In this document: piece after piece, positions 38,050-47,687 of the stretch | How positions within the stretch are numbered: the first letter of the stretch is position 1 | Layout: every line of letters starts with the position of its first letter | Assembly (NCBI GenBank): GCA_022821235.1 | Contig: JAJEEA010000534.1 | Coordinates: 1 to 61,035 of the forward strand | DNA: 61,035 nucleotides | Reading direction: 5' to 3' | From: Vicinamibacteria bacterium | GTDB taxonomy: Bacteria > Acidobacteriota > Vicinamibacteria > Vicinamibacterales > UBA8438 | Translations under genes and position numbers: made by a program | Notes under the pieces: model-generated | Database searches by the model: none | Seen by the model: only the letters and a program-made list of their open reading frames with translations | What the model was told of the DNA's origin: nothing

Positions 38050-39336
38050 TCAGACGACCCCGTCGGCGCGAAACGTCCGGATCTCCGCGTCGCTGTAGCC
38101 GGCCGCGCGCAGCACCTCGTCGGTGTGCTCGCCGAGCAGGGGCGGGGCGCGGTCGATGCGGCCGGGGGTGTCGCTCAGCTCGATGGGCTGGCCGATCATC
38201 CGCAACTGCCCGGCCGTGGGGTGCGGGTGGTCGACGACCTTGCCGCGGTCGGTGAGCTGGGGGTTGGTGCAGACCTCGGCCACGTTGCGGATGCGGCCGC
38301 ACGGCACGCCGGCGCGGCCGAGCACGTCCATCCACTCGGCGACGGTGCGCGAGGCGGTCAGCTCGACGATGATCGGCACCAGCACGCCGCGGTGCTTCAC
38401 GCGGTCCGGCGCGGCCGCGAAGCGCGGGTCGTCGCGCAGGTCGGGGCGCCCCACGGCGTCGCAGTAGCGCGCCCACAGCGAGTCGTTGGCGATGCCCAGG
38501 TTGATCCAGCCGTCGCGGGCCCGCAGGGTCTGGTAGGGCACCACCGAGGGATGGTCGTTGCCGCGGCGGGTGGGGCTCTCGCCCGACGCGAAGTAGTTGC
38601 CGGCGTTGTAGGTCAGCAGCGACGCCACCGCGTCGAGCATCGCGACGTGCACGTGCTGCCCCCGGCCCGTCGACTGCCGCGCGTAGAGGGCGAGGAGGAT
38701 GCCCTGGGCGGCCATCATCCCCGCCGTGAGGTCGGCGATGGAGGTGCCGACGCGCGACGGCGGCCCGTCGGCCTCGCCGGTCAGGTCCATCAGGCCCGAC
38801 TCGCCCTGCACGATCAGGTCGTAGCCGGGGCGGCTCGCGTCGGGCCCGCCCTCGCCGAACCCCGAGATCGAGCAGTACACGACCCGCGGATGCCGCGCCG
38901 CCACCGCCTCGTAGTCGAGGCCGAGCCGGGCCACGGCGCCGGGGCGGAAGTTCTGGACGACGACGTCGGCGCCGGCGACGAGCCGCCACACGATGGCCCG
39001 GCCCGCCTCGTGCTTCAGGTTGACGGTGCAGCTCCGCTTGTTGCGGTTGACGGAGAGGAAGTAGGGCGCCTCGCCCCCGAGGAACGGGGGGCCGAACGCG
39101 CGTGACTCGTCGCCGCGGCCCGGCTCCTCGATCTTGACGACGTCGGCCCCCATGTCGCCGAGGGTCATCGTGCACCAGGGGCCGGACACGACCCGGCTCA
39201 GGTCGATGACCCGGATGCCGTCGAGGGGCGCGGGACGGTCCCGGTTCGCCCGCCAATGGTCGCCTGTCGGCTCCGTCCGGCGCCCAGCCAACCCGCCAGG
39301 CGGCGCCGTTCCACGGCGCGAACTCCTACCCGACAT
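38050..39336 (-). CDS. Family III CoA-transferase (CaiB/BaiF type)
   Basis: PLDGIRVIDLSRVVSGPWCTMTLGDMGADVVKIE and downstream blocks (GYDLIVQGESGLM, GTSIADLTAG) are typical. The true start may lie downstream of 39336. Confidence 0.9.
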   Translation of the reverse strand: MSGRSSRRGTAPPGGLAGRRTEPTGDHWRANRDRPAPLDGIRVIDLSRVVSGPWCTMTLGDMGADVVKIEEPGRGDESRAFGPPFLGGEAPYFLSVNRNKRSCTVNLKHEAGRAIVWRLVAGADVVVQNFRPGAVARLGLDYEAVAARHPRVVYCSISGFGEGGPDASRPGYDLIVQGESGLMDLTGEADGPPSRVGTSIADLTAGMMAAQGILLALYARQSTGRGQHVHVAMLDAVASLLTYNAGNYFASGESPTRRGNDHPSVVPYQTLRARDGWINLGIANDSLWARYCDAVGRPDLRDDPRFAAAPDRVKHRGVLVPIIVELTASRTVAEWMDVLGRAGVPCGRIRNVAEVCTNPQLTDRGKVVDHPHPTAGQLRMIGQPIELSDTPGRIDRAPPLLGEHTDEVLRAAGYSDAEIRTFRADGVV

Positions 39337-39432
39337 CCGGCCTTCCCGACCCCGTCACCGCCACCCTCTCCGGCCGGATGGCCACGGGGCGAATCGCCCG
39401 GCGCCGACCCCGGCCGTCACCGCCGCGGGGAA

Positions 39433-39482
39433 TGGCACGCCCGGCAGGACTCGAACCTGCGACCCTCGCCTTAGAAGGCCGA
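39433..39482 (-). tRNA. 3' fragment of a tRNA gene (anticodon arm to CCA, anticodon reads TCT = Arg), putative att site
   Basis: The minus strand reads TCGGC-CTTCTAA-GGCGA GGGTC GCAGG-TTCGAGT-CCTGC CGGGCGT G CCA. The T-arm and 3' acceptor are perfect, and 4 of 5 anticodon-stem pairs form. The sequence 5' of this (AAATAAAAGACTTGCATGCCGGGTAT) has no D-arm and no complementary acceptor strand. Confidence 0.6.
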
Positions 39483-39541
39483 ATACCCGGCATGCAAGTC
39501 TTTTATTTGCAGGCAGTTACGGAGCATGCTAACTTTTCGCG

Positions 39542-40645
39542 CTAACTTTCTGCGCCGAACACTGCGCGCCTTTCCGCGGCGGCCGGTGCGCTCGAAGCGC
39601 CGAGGTGCTCCTCGAAACGGGCCGTCGCCAAGCGCATCGCCTCCGGCACATGGCCGAGAGTATAGCGCTCCGTCGTCCGCGTGTCGGAGTGGCCGAGCAC
39701 ATCCTTGACCAGCCGCGTGTCCCCCGCGGCTCGATACAGCGCCGTTCCGTAGCTGTGGCGGAGGTCGTAGGGGCGTACCCCGTGAATCCCGATCCGGGCT
39801 GCGGCCCGGACGAACGCGCGCCAGACTGTGGATGTCGAGAAGGGGCCAATCGCGCCCACGGCTTCCAGGTCGGCCAGCGCTTCGACCGCGGGGGCGCTGA
39901 GCGGAATCGTCCGCGTGCGTCCGCCCTTCCCCGTGTACACGACGAGCGTCTGCGCCGTCCGGTCCCAGTGCTCGGGCCGGTAGCGCATCAACTCGCTGGG
40001 CCGCAGCCCGGTGAAGGCCAGGACGCGGCACCGGACCTTCGCGGCCGATGCAGCGGCGCGGGGTTTTCCCTTGACCATCGCGCTGCCCCGATCCGACATG
40101 GCCGCGAGGATGCGGCGAACCGTGTCGTAGGGGAGTCCGCGCGCTTCCGGGGCCGGATTCGCGAAGGGCTTGACATCCCTCACCGGGTTCGGCGCGTCGC
40201 GACCATCGAGCGCTTGGTACAGCGAGAAGAGCGCTTGACGGTAGTGGTTGCACGTCGATGCCGCGTGCGTCTGCCGCAGTTCGGCGAGCGCGGTCCGCAC
40301 TTCGCCCGGCTCGATGGCGTCGCGCCGGAGGTGGCCGAGGCGCGCCGACCACCATTCCAGTTGCTGGCGACGCTCGGCTACGAGCCGAGGCCGATCGGCA
40401 ATCTGTCGCAGGAAGGGCTCGATGTCGGCGGCCAGAGTACCCGTGGGAGGCTGGGTCAGCTGCAGGGAGGCCCGGGTGTCGACGCGCCAGCGGCGAACGG
40501 TCTCCAGCGATGTACCGACCGGAAAGCGCTTGAAGCGCAACTGTCCGTCAACGCGGACGTAGGCATGGATCCGGCCGCCGGTGTCACGCCGGATGCCGCG
40601 TTCACGGTGAGGTCGCATGGGCGCTTCTTCCACGAATGTCCGCAC
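39542..40645 (-). CDS. Tyrosine site-specific integrase
   Basis: The 367-aa ORF has catalytic-domain signatures: LAFTGLRPSEL (Arg), YDLRHSYGTALY (HxxR) and VLGHSDTRTTERYT (His and the nucleophilic Tyr). Confidence 0.9.
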   Translation of the reverse strand: MRTFVEEAPMRPHRERGIRRDTGGRIHAYVRVDGQLRFKRFPVGTSLETVRRWRVDTRASLQLTQPPTGTLAADIEPFLRQIADRPRLVAERRQQLEWWSARLGHLRRDAIEPGEVRTALAELRQTHAASTCNHYRQALFSLYQALDGRDAPNPVRDVKPFANPAPEARGLPYDTVRRILAAMSDRGSAMVKGKPRAAASAAKVRCRVLAFTGLRPSELMRYRPEHWDRTAQTLVVYTGKGGRTRTIPLSAPAVEALADLEAVGAIGPFSTSTVWRAFVRAAARIGIHGVRPYDLRHSYGTALYRAAGDTRLVKDVLGHSDTRTTERYTLGHVPEAMRLATARFEEHLGASSAPAAAERRAVFGAES

Positions 40646-41306
40646 GGTCCACTTGATCCCCCCCGATCACGGGCGCGTTGACGGGCCGTGGCGACCGTCG
40701 CCCCTGGGTGTGCTTGTTCGGATTGCCGCTGGCGAACTGCCAAGCCGGGCGCGATCCGGTTGCCGGCTGGCTCAGTAGACCGGGATCGACCAGGAGCGGT
40801 TGGGCTTTGCCTCCATGGACTCGGCGAGGACGTGTGTGCCCAACGGCTTCAGAACCGTCTCCGATGTCCTGCTCCACGCTCAGCCCCGGTTCCACTGGCT
40901 CAGTGTATCAGAGGGTCGCGACCGACGGCGGTCCTGCTCCGGCTGGCTGGTGACGATCGGCGAGGGCGGGCTCGTCGTGCGCACCCGGGGCCCGGGTCTG
41001 CTGAGGCCCAAGGACCGGGACCTGATCCCGGCCGAGCCGGACCCCCGCGCCGGCCGGCGCACCGGCGTCCGATAGCGGCCCGGCAACGGTCTCGGCACCG
41101 GCGAACACCCCGTTCCCGGACGACGACGCGGGCGGGACGGAGACCCCCGGCGGGAACCGGCCAGGCACCGGCCCGGCCGGCCGCGAACAGACCGGCGGCA
41201 CCCCAACCGCCGGTCGCGCGCAACGACTACAACCCCGCCGACCTGCGAGACCTCCGTCGCGGCAGCGAATCCCGAGACGGCCGCCACGCACGACGCCGGC
41301 CTGAAG

Positions 41307-41700
41307 GTGAGGGTCGCCGACGAGCTGCGCGTCATCCGGACGTCGCTCGTGAAGGCGCAGTTGGCGGCGGACTTCGCCGACGCGTTCGACCTCGCGCCTA
41401 CGAGTTGTCGCGGTCCGTCTTCGGACCGCCGCAGGCGGCCGACCGGCACTCGACGTCGCTGCGGATCACCGCGACCGCCGAAGCGCCGGCCGGCAGGCCG
41501 CCGCACCGAGACGGACGCGTTCACGGCGGCGGGCCTCGGCGCCGCGCTCATCGAGGCCAACGCGGGAAACCGCAATCTCGACTGGCTGAACGTAGACGAC
41601 GACCGCGACGGTTCAACGCGTTCTGGCGGCTGAGCCTCGAGGCCCGCCGCAACCTGTTCGCCGCCGCGGTCGGCCGGAGCGTCGTGCCCCAACTGTCCTT
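41307..41700 (+). pseudogene. Eroded remnant of an ICE/plasmid ParB-like large protein (multiple frame switches)
   Basis: Protein-like islands appear in different frames: RVADELRVIRTSLVKAQLAADFADAFDLA, then YELSRSVFGPPQAADRHSTSLRITATAEAP, then FNAFWRLSLEARRNLFAAAVGRSVVPQLSFDP. The layout resembles the C-terminal region of ICE ParB-like proteins. This is a recollection only. Confidence 0.3.
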
Positions 41701-41756
41701 CGACCCCCGGCGCCGGGGCCGAGATCGAGGCGCTGATCGAAGCGCCCGCCGGCGGA

Positions 41757-42330
41757 AGGCTCTCCCTTAACGAGCTCACGAGCACGCGCGCCGACCTGCC
41801 GCGGCTGGCATTCCGCAACCCCGGCGTCACCCGCCACAACGCGGAGACCATCAGCGACCTGCTGGCCGACCTGCGGCCGACCGTCTTCGTCATGAACCCC
41901 CGTTCTCGCGGGCCGCGTCGCGCACGACCCTGCAGACCGACATGGACCTGCGGCACGTGTCGGCCCCCTACCGAACGCTACGGCCGGGCGGCCGGCTGGT
42001 CGCCGTCCCGTCAACCGGCTGGGGCCTCTGGCCCCGCTGGGAATCGTGCAGAAGTCCGCCTACGTCAAGAACGTGCCGAGCGCGCCGATGCGGGTTCGTC
42101 GCCGAGGAGGGGTCTTGTACGGTCGCGTGAGGCGGCTTCGACGGTGCGACTGGAAGTCCCCCGCGCCTCCTCGATTGAAGCTGTCAGTCGGCGCTCGGCC
42201 CCAGCATCGAACGCGACTGCTCCGCCGAAGCCCCTCTCAGGGGCCCGTTGAACGCCAAGTCTGCATTGATGAACTCCATGAGCCGTTGGCCGCGTCGGGC
42301 TCAGCACGCGCGCCGTCCCGTCGCGTCCCC
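41757..42330 (+). pseudogene. Eroded N-terminal methyltransferase part of a strawberry-notch-type methylase/helicase gene
   Basis: The reading is LSLNELTSTRADLPRLAFRNPGVTRHNAETISDLLADLRPTVFVMNP, followed by RSRG. Adding one C to the C-run at 41897-41901 restores motif IV (VMNPPFS). Further remnants lie in other frames (RTLRPGGRLVAV). The helicase part is absent. Confidence 0.55.
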
Positions 42331-42471
42331 GGCCGGAACCGACTACAATAGGGACATCGTGACCACGAGAGATCACGGATACCGTCATGCCCGTCCTCAG
42401 CCAAAGCCAACTTCGCCCGGCTTCACCCTGTCACGGTGCCATCTCGTCAGAGATTCACCCGCAGTCCAAGC

Positions 42472-45400
42472 ATGAACGCCACGACCAATGACGCTCACTC
42501 AGCCCTGGGTGCTTCCTCGCCGGCGGTCGCCGCGACTACGGCGCGCGTGTCCAGTCCAGCCTCCACCGGCGGGGCCGGCACCACGTTCGAGCAGCATGTC
42601 GGGGCCTACTGGCTAGCGCAGCTTCTGGTTGGCGCGATCCCGCCAATCGCGATCGACACCACAGTCGCGGTGGTGAGCTTCCAGACCGAGCGTCTGGGCT
42701 GGCACACCGACGACTTCTTGGTCGTCTCCACGGTCGGTGGCGTATCGCGCAATCTCGCCGGCCAGGTTAAACGCACCTTTACTGTCAGCGCGTCGGACCA
42801 GCAGTGCGTGAAGGCCGTCACTGACTTCTGGAAAGACTTCAACGCCCCTCATTTTTTCAGGGACCATGACCGTCTCGCGCTTGTCACACTGCGCGGTACG
42901 AATACGCTTCTTGAACACTTCCTCGGACTCCTCGATTGCGCACGCGCCGCGCCTAGCGCTGCCGAGTTCGAGCAGCGGCTCGCCACCGCTGGCTTCATCT
43001 CCGACACGGCTGTCCGCTATTGCGCCGAGCTCCGTAAAGTCATCGGCGACGTGGAAGCAAACCCGGTCACGGCAGCCGACATCTGGCCGTTCCTGCGCGC
43101 CCTCCACGTGCTGAGCCTCGACCTCCACAGCTCGACGCGACAGACGGAAGCGCACATCAAGAGCATGCTCGCCCTCACCGCCACGGACGGCGACCCCATA
43201 GCGAGCGCCGACGCTTCCTGGAACGAGCTGGTCGTAGAGGCGAGCACGGCGATGACTGCTAGTCGCAGCCTGCGCCGCGATGACCTGCCCGCCGCCACCC
43301 TGCAGCGCCACGGTGTGATCCCCACGAACGAACGCCGCGTGCTCCAGGCACTTCGCGATCACACCGACCCCGTCCTGCGGGCAATACGCTCGACGCTCGG
43401 GCCCAATCTTCATCTGCGGCGCGCCTCACTCGTGCAGAAGCTCCTCGACTCGATCGAGAACGCTCAGGTCACGCTCCTAACCGGACCCGCCGGCTGCGGC
43501 AAGTCGGCCGTGGCCAAGGACGCCCTCGGCCTGCTCGCCGAAAATCACTTCTTGTTTGCATTTCGCGTAGAGGAATTCGCGAAGACCCATCTCGACACCA
43601 CGCTGGACGCCGCCCAGGTCCCTGCGAACTGGGCGCAACTTCACGCTATCCTTGGTGCGCAACACCGCACCGTCCTCCTTGTCGAAAGCGTCGAGCGCCT
43701 GCTTGAGAAAACAACCCGCGACGCGTTTACCGACCTCATGATGCTGATGGCCGACGACAGCGACTTGCGCATTGTGCTCACGTGTCGCGACTACTCACTC
43801 GAACAGGTGCGCACGAGCTTTCTGCAGCCGCATCGTATCAAACATACCGTTGTCCGCGTGCCGCCGCTCGACGACACTGAACTCGCAGAGGCCGAGGTCG
43901 CGTATCCGGCCCTCGCGATTCCCCTCAAGAGCCCGCCATTGCGTGACATCCTGCGCAACCCCTTCGTTCTCGACAAGGCCCTCGATATCCGGTGGTCCTC
44001 CGAGAAATCCCTTCCGCAGACCGAACGCGAATTTCGTACGCTCTTCTGGCGGGAAATCGTGCGCGGTGGCGATCGTGTGACCCCGGCCATGGGACGGCAC
44101 CGTGAAGAGGTGCTCCAGATCATTGCGGTGCGCCGGGCGCGCGCTCTCTCTGCCCATGTTCCTGTGACCGCCCTCGATATTGACGTCGTCGAGTCGCTGC
44201 GCGGAGACTCTCTCATCACATCCGCTGACGACAATCCCTTGCTTGTGGCGACGGCCCACGACGTGCTTGAGGACTGGGCGATCCTGCAATGGCTCGAGGA
44301 GCAGCATCTTTCTGAAGCATCGTTCAAGACGCTATCCCAGACCATCGGAACGCACCCCGCCGTGCGGCGCTCGTATCGCGAATGGCTGGCGGAACTCGTC
44401 GAGCGCCATGCGGAGGCTGCGGACCGCCTGTTTCAAGCGGCTGTGTCGGAAACTGACATCAGCGTTCAGTTTCGCGACGACACGCTGGTGTCGCTGCTTA
44501 AGGCACCGTCGGCCCCCCGCTTTCTCGCGCGCCACGAGGCTCAACTGCTCGCAAACGACCGCACGCTTCTGAAGCGTGTCATTCATCTGTTGCGTGTGGC
44601 CTGCGTGAAGCCCCCAGACTGGCTCCCCGGCTCCGTCGAGCAGGCATCGATCCTCAACGTGCCGGACAGCTCCGCGTGGCCTGCCGTGCTACGCCTCGTT
44701 CATCGCAATCTCGCGGCCTTCACGGCCAACGAGCGACCGCTCCTGCTCGGCCTTGTGGAGGACGCGGTCCGCGGTGTGAGCTGGTGGGCACCCGAGCTCC
44801 ATGGCGCGCAAGATGTCACTAGCGTCGCCCACTGGCTCCTTAACGGCCTGCACAGCTACGGACGCGACGACTCGCGCAAACGCGTGCTCAAGGTCATCGC
44901 CAAGATCCCCAAGGCCGACGCCAACCGCTTCGAGGCCGCACTGCGCAACCACATTGAGGCACCAACAGACGGCGATGTCGTCGCCGAGGACTTCCAAGAG
45001 CTCATTTACGCGGGAATCGAAGGCATGCCCGCTGCGCGCGACTTGCCGGACGTCGTGATCTCCGTGGGTGCCGACTATCTGCTCGCTTCAAAGGAGGACA
45101 TCGACGACGAGCGCCGTTATGGGCTCAGTCCTCTCGACATCGACCTGTACTTTGGGATCAAGAAGGGATTGCGCCACGACTCGTTCCCGCCGAGCGCAGC
45201 GCGCGGTCCGTGGGGCTGCTTGCTGCGCTACCACGCGGAGAAGGCGCTCGATTTCTACATCAAGGTTTTCAACCATAGCGCCGACTGGTACGTCCGTCCC
45301 CGTTTACCTCGCCGTCTCGAGAAGGCATGGGAGGTCGAACTCACCTTCGCAGACGGTACCACACGCAAGCAGTGGACGAACGGCCGCTTGTGGGGCCTTT

Positions 45401-47622
45401 ACCGCGGCATGACGGTCGGGCCCTATCCACTTATGTCGATGCTGATGGCGCTCGAGAGCTGGCTGATCGAGGTCGCACAGAAAAAACCGGAACGGCTGGA
45501 CAGCATTCTCGTCGACATCCTGCGCCGCAGCGACAACGGAGCGCTCGCCGCTGTCGTCGCGAGCGTCTCGACCGCCTATCCCCACGCGTCCGGCGAAGCG
45601 TTGCTGGTGCTCCTTGGCGTTCCTGAGTACGTCACCGCCGATCGCAGCCGACTCGTAGGTGAGCTGCAGATGGCGGGGATGACTGGCATGATCTCGACGA
45701 TGCGCGCTGACCATCAAGTTTACAAGATGGAACGCAAGCACGCGGACACCTTGCCGCACCGACGGTACGATCTGGAGAGGGCGGTTGTTAAAGTCCAGCT
45801 CGGGCCGTTTGCGCCCCGCGTCCACGGGATCCTCGACAATCATCTCGCGACGTTGCCGCCGAAGAATCAACAAGACAAAGACGACCGCTTGTGGCGCCTC
45901 GCCATCCATCGCATGGATCTCCGTCATTACACTGTTTCCGACACATCTGGCCCCGAAATTCCCGAAACACGAGCAAAGGCGAGCGATTCGTCGCGACGCT
46001 ACGTTCGTCTCGAGCCGACGCCGCCCGAGGCGGACGTGCAGGCCATGGTGGATGAAGACGCCTCCCGTCTGGCCGCGATGAACGCCCGGCTTGGCGTGCT
46101 GATGTGGGGTATCCAAGTCTTCGACCGTGAAGCCGGCCAGTACGACCAGTACGACCCCGCACAGTGGGCGGCGAAGCTCGCCGAAGCGCAGGCCATGGAC
46201 CGCCGAGCGGAAGACGACGAACACCAGGCCGAGGACAGCAGTCGGCGCGCGCCTGGTTTTGTGGCGGCTGTGTGTGTTCGTGACCGATGGGACGACATGA
46301 CGTCGGCGCAAAGAGGCTGGTGCGTCGATAAGGTCTGCGCGGAAGTCATGAGACACGCCGACGACGACGTTCACACGGCTCGCGTCCAGGACAACCCCAT
46401 GGCCGCCGGCCGGGCCTGCGCCTTCATGCTAGCGACATTGCTCCGCAAACCACTCGAGCCAACGCGCGCCGAACGGGTGAGGATCGCGTTTGCCGCCGCC
46501 TTCACGCATCCGGTGGAGCAGGTGCGGTCGTACGCGACATCAAGCATCGACGACACCGTGTGGGCCGCCGACCGCGCGCTCGCCTTGCGCTGCGTCAACG
46601 CGATCGCGGCCGAAGCCGTCCTTGTCCACAACGCGCAAGACGCCGAGGAAGCGCGTCCCTATGCTAAGCGTCGCGATTTGGGCGAGATCACGGCGGAGGC
46701 CAGCGCGAACATTCGGGCGCGGTTCTGGAAAGACGGGGGGATTGCCGAGTCCGCGCACGTCACGCTCGACATCTCGGACGGCTTCGGCGCACATGCACTC
46801 AAGCAGATGCTGGTGATCCTGGGGCGCGTGCCGCAGGACCCGATCGCTATTGCGGCGTTCGGCCGGGCGAGCCGTACGCTCGCGGGCTGGTGGACATCCG
46901 ATGACGAGCGGCGAGGCGGAAGCCGGAGGAATTTCCATACCGAATCCGACGTATCCCAATGCATTCAGAGATTTTTGATGCGCACGTCGCCGGAGGCTGC
47001 GCAACGGGTATTGGCGCCTCTGCTCACGACCGTTGACCGCCACCCTAGCGAGCTTAAGTCTGTTATGCAGGGATTGACCGGCCTCCAGGACGCCGACCCG
47101 AACACGCCCCAGTATTGGTTCCTGTGGAGACTGATCGCTGACGTAGTCAAGAGCGCGGATTGGATTGACCGTCTGGACACGGACCGGCACCCAGATGGCA
47201 TCGACCTATTGTCTGCGATTTTTCTGACGTTGTATTGGAAGGACGACGTTCGGCACTGGCGGTTCCTTGATGGCTACGCGCATCTCGTGCACGCGCTTTT
47301 CGATGCTCTGCCGGCAACATCCGTGGTTCTCGACGACTACGCCCGATTTCTCTTCCACATCGGGGAACGCTCGCTACCCGGTGCGTTTGTACGAGTCGGC
47401 GGTGCTCTGCAGCGCGGAAACACGCGGAAGATGCTCGCCAAGTCGAACACGGTCTTCATGCTCGAGGTATTGCTGCAACGGTACGTCTATGGACAACCGC
47501 TCGAACTCAAGCGCGACAAACGTATCCGTGACGCGGTACTTTTCATCCTCGACTGCCTTGTGGAGGCGGGGTCGTCTGCCGCGTTTCGGATGCGCGATGA
47601 CTTCGTCACGCCAGCGGCATAG
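42472..47622 (+). CDS. Giant STAND/NACHT-like NTPase with an N-terminal PD-(D/E)xK (DUF4297/Cap4-like) nuclease domain and a ~1200-aa helical C-terminus (Avs/bacterial-NLR-like)
   Basis: The ORF is intact at 1716 aa from the ATG at 42472 (an alternative GTG lies at 42436). The N-terminus reads GGAGTTFEQHVGAYWLAQLL...HTDDFLVVS-x13-AGQVKRT, a D...QxK motif. Walker A is LLTGPAGCGKSAV (about 43483-43506), Walker B is TVLLVESVE, and the STAND-type sensor is RIVLTCRDYS, followed by NPFVLDKAL. GC looks lower than the flanks. Confidence 0.75.
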   Translation: MNATTNDAHSALGASSPAVAATTARVSSPASTGGAGTTFEQHVGAYWLAQLLVGAIPPIAIDTTVAVVSFQTERLGWHTDDFLVVSTVGGVSRNLAGQVKRTFTVSASDQQCVKAVTDFWKDFNAPHFFRDHDRLALVTLRGTNTLLEHFLGLLDCARAAPSAAEFEQRLATAGFISDTAVRYCAELRKVIGDVEANPVTAADIWPFLRALHVLSLDLHSSTRQTEAHIKSMLALTATDGDPIASADASWNELVVEASTAMTASRSLRRDDLPAATLQRHGVIPTNERRVLQALRDHTDPVLRAIRSTLGPNLHLRRASLVQKLLDSIENAQVTLLTGPAGCGKSAVAKDALGLLAENHFLFAFRVEEFAKTHLDTTLDAAQVPANWAQLHAILGAQHRTVLLVESVERLLEKTTRDAFTDLMMLMADDSDLRIVLTCRDYSLEQVRTSFLQPHRIKHTVVRVPPLDDTELAEAEVAYPALAIPLKSPPLRDILRNPFVLDKALDIRWSSEKSLPQTEREFRTLFWREIVRGGDRVTPAMGRHREEVLQIIAVRRARALSAHVPVTALDIDVVESLRGDSLITSADDNPLLVATAHDVLEDWAILQWLEEQHLSEASFKTLSQTIGTHPAVRRSYREWLAELVERHAEAADRLFQAAVSETDISVQFRDDTLVSLLKAPSAPRFLARHEAQLLANDRTLLKRVIHLLRVACVKPPDWLPGSVEQASILNVPDSSAWPAVLRLVHRNLAAFTANERPLLLGLVEDAVRGVSWWAPELHGAQDVTSVAHWLLNGLHSYGRDDSRKRVLKVIAKIPKADANRFEAALRNHIEAPTDGDVVAEDFQELIYAGIEGMPAARDLPDVVISVGADYLLASKEDIDDERRYGLSPLDIDLYFGIKKGLRHDSFPPSAARGPWGCLLRYHAEKALDFYIKVFNHSADWYVRPRLPRRLEKAWEVELTFADGTTRKQWTNGRLWGLYRGMTVGPYPLMSMLMALESWLIEVAQKKPERLDSILVDILRRSDNGALAAVVASVSTAYPHASGEALLVLLGVPEYVTADRSRLVGELQMAGMTGMISTMRADHQVYKMERKHADTLPHRRYDLERAVVKVQLGPFAPRVHGILDNHLATLPPKNQQDKDDRLWRLAIHRMDLRHYTVSDTSGPEIPETRAKASDSSRRYVRLEPTPPEADVQAMVDEDASRLAAMNARLGVLMWGIQVFDREAGQYDQYDPAQWAAKLAEAQAMDRRAEDDEHQAEDSSRRAPGFVAAVCVRDRWDDMTSAQRGWCVDKVCAEVMRHADDDVHTARVQDNPMAAGRACAFMLATLLRKPLEPTRAERVRIAFAAAFTHPVEQVRSYATSSIDDTVWAADRALALRCVNAIAAEAVLVHNAQDAEEARPYAKRRDLGEITAEASANIRARFWKDGGIAESAHVTLDISDGFGAHALKQMLVILGRVPQDPIAIAAFGRASRTLAGWWTSDDERRGGSRRNFHTESDVSQCIQRFLMRTSPEAAQRVLAPLLTTVDRHPSELKSVMQGLTGLQDADPNTPQYWFLWRLIADVVKSADWIDRLDTDRHPDGIDLLSAIFLTLYWKDDVRHWRFLDGYAHLVHALFDALPATSVVLDDYARFLFHIGERSLPGAFVRVGGALQRGNTRKMLAKSNTVFMLEVLLQRYVYGQPLELKRDKRIRDAVLFILDCLVEAGSSAAFRMRDDFVTPAA

Positions 47623-47687
47623 TCGCTACGTTGCTCAAACCTGAGATATTAAGTGGTCAGACGGACGCCAAGCCGGTCAACTAGGAC

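Noticed and set aside
39433-39509. A complete tRNA gene
   Set aside because: Only the anticodon arm, variable loop, T-arm and 3' acceptor/CCA are present. The expected 5' acceptor strand (ACGCCCG) and D-arm are replaced by unrelated AT-rich sequence, so I call it a fragment or att site.
40688-41770. A 360-aa plus-strand ORF downstream of the integrase
   Set aside because: It is extremely Arg/Pro-rich. Real-looking peptide islands occur only in short stretches and in different frames, consistent with an eroded gene rather than this ORF.
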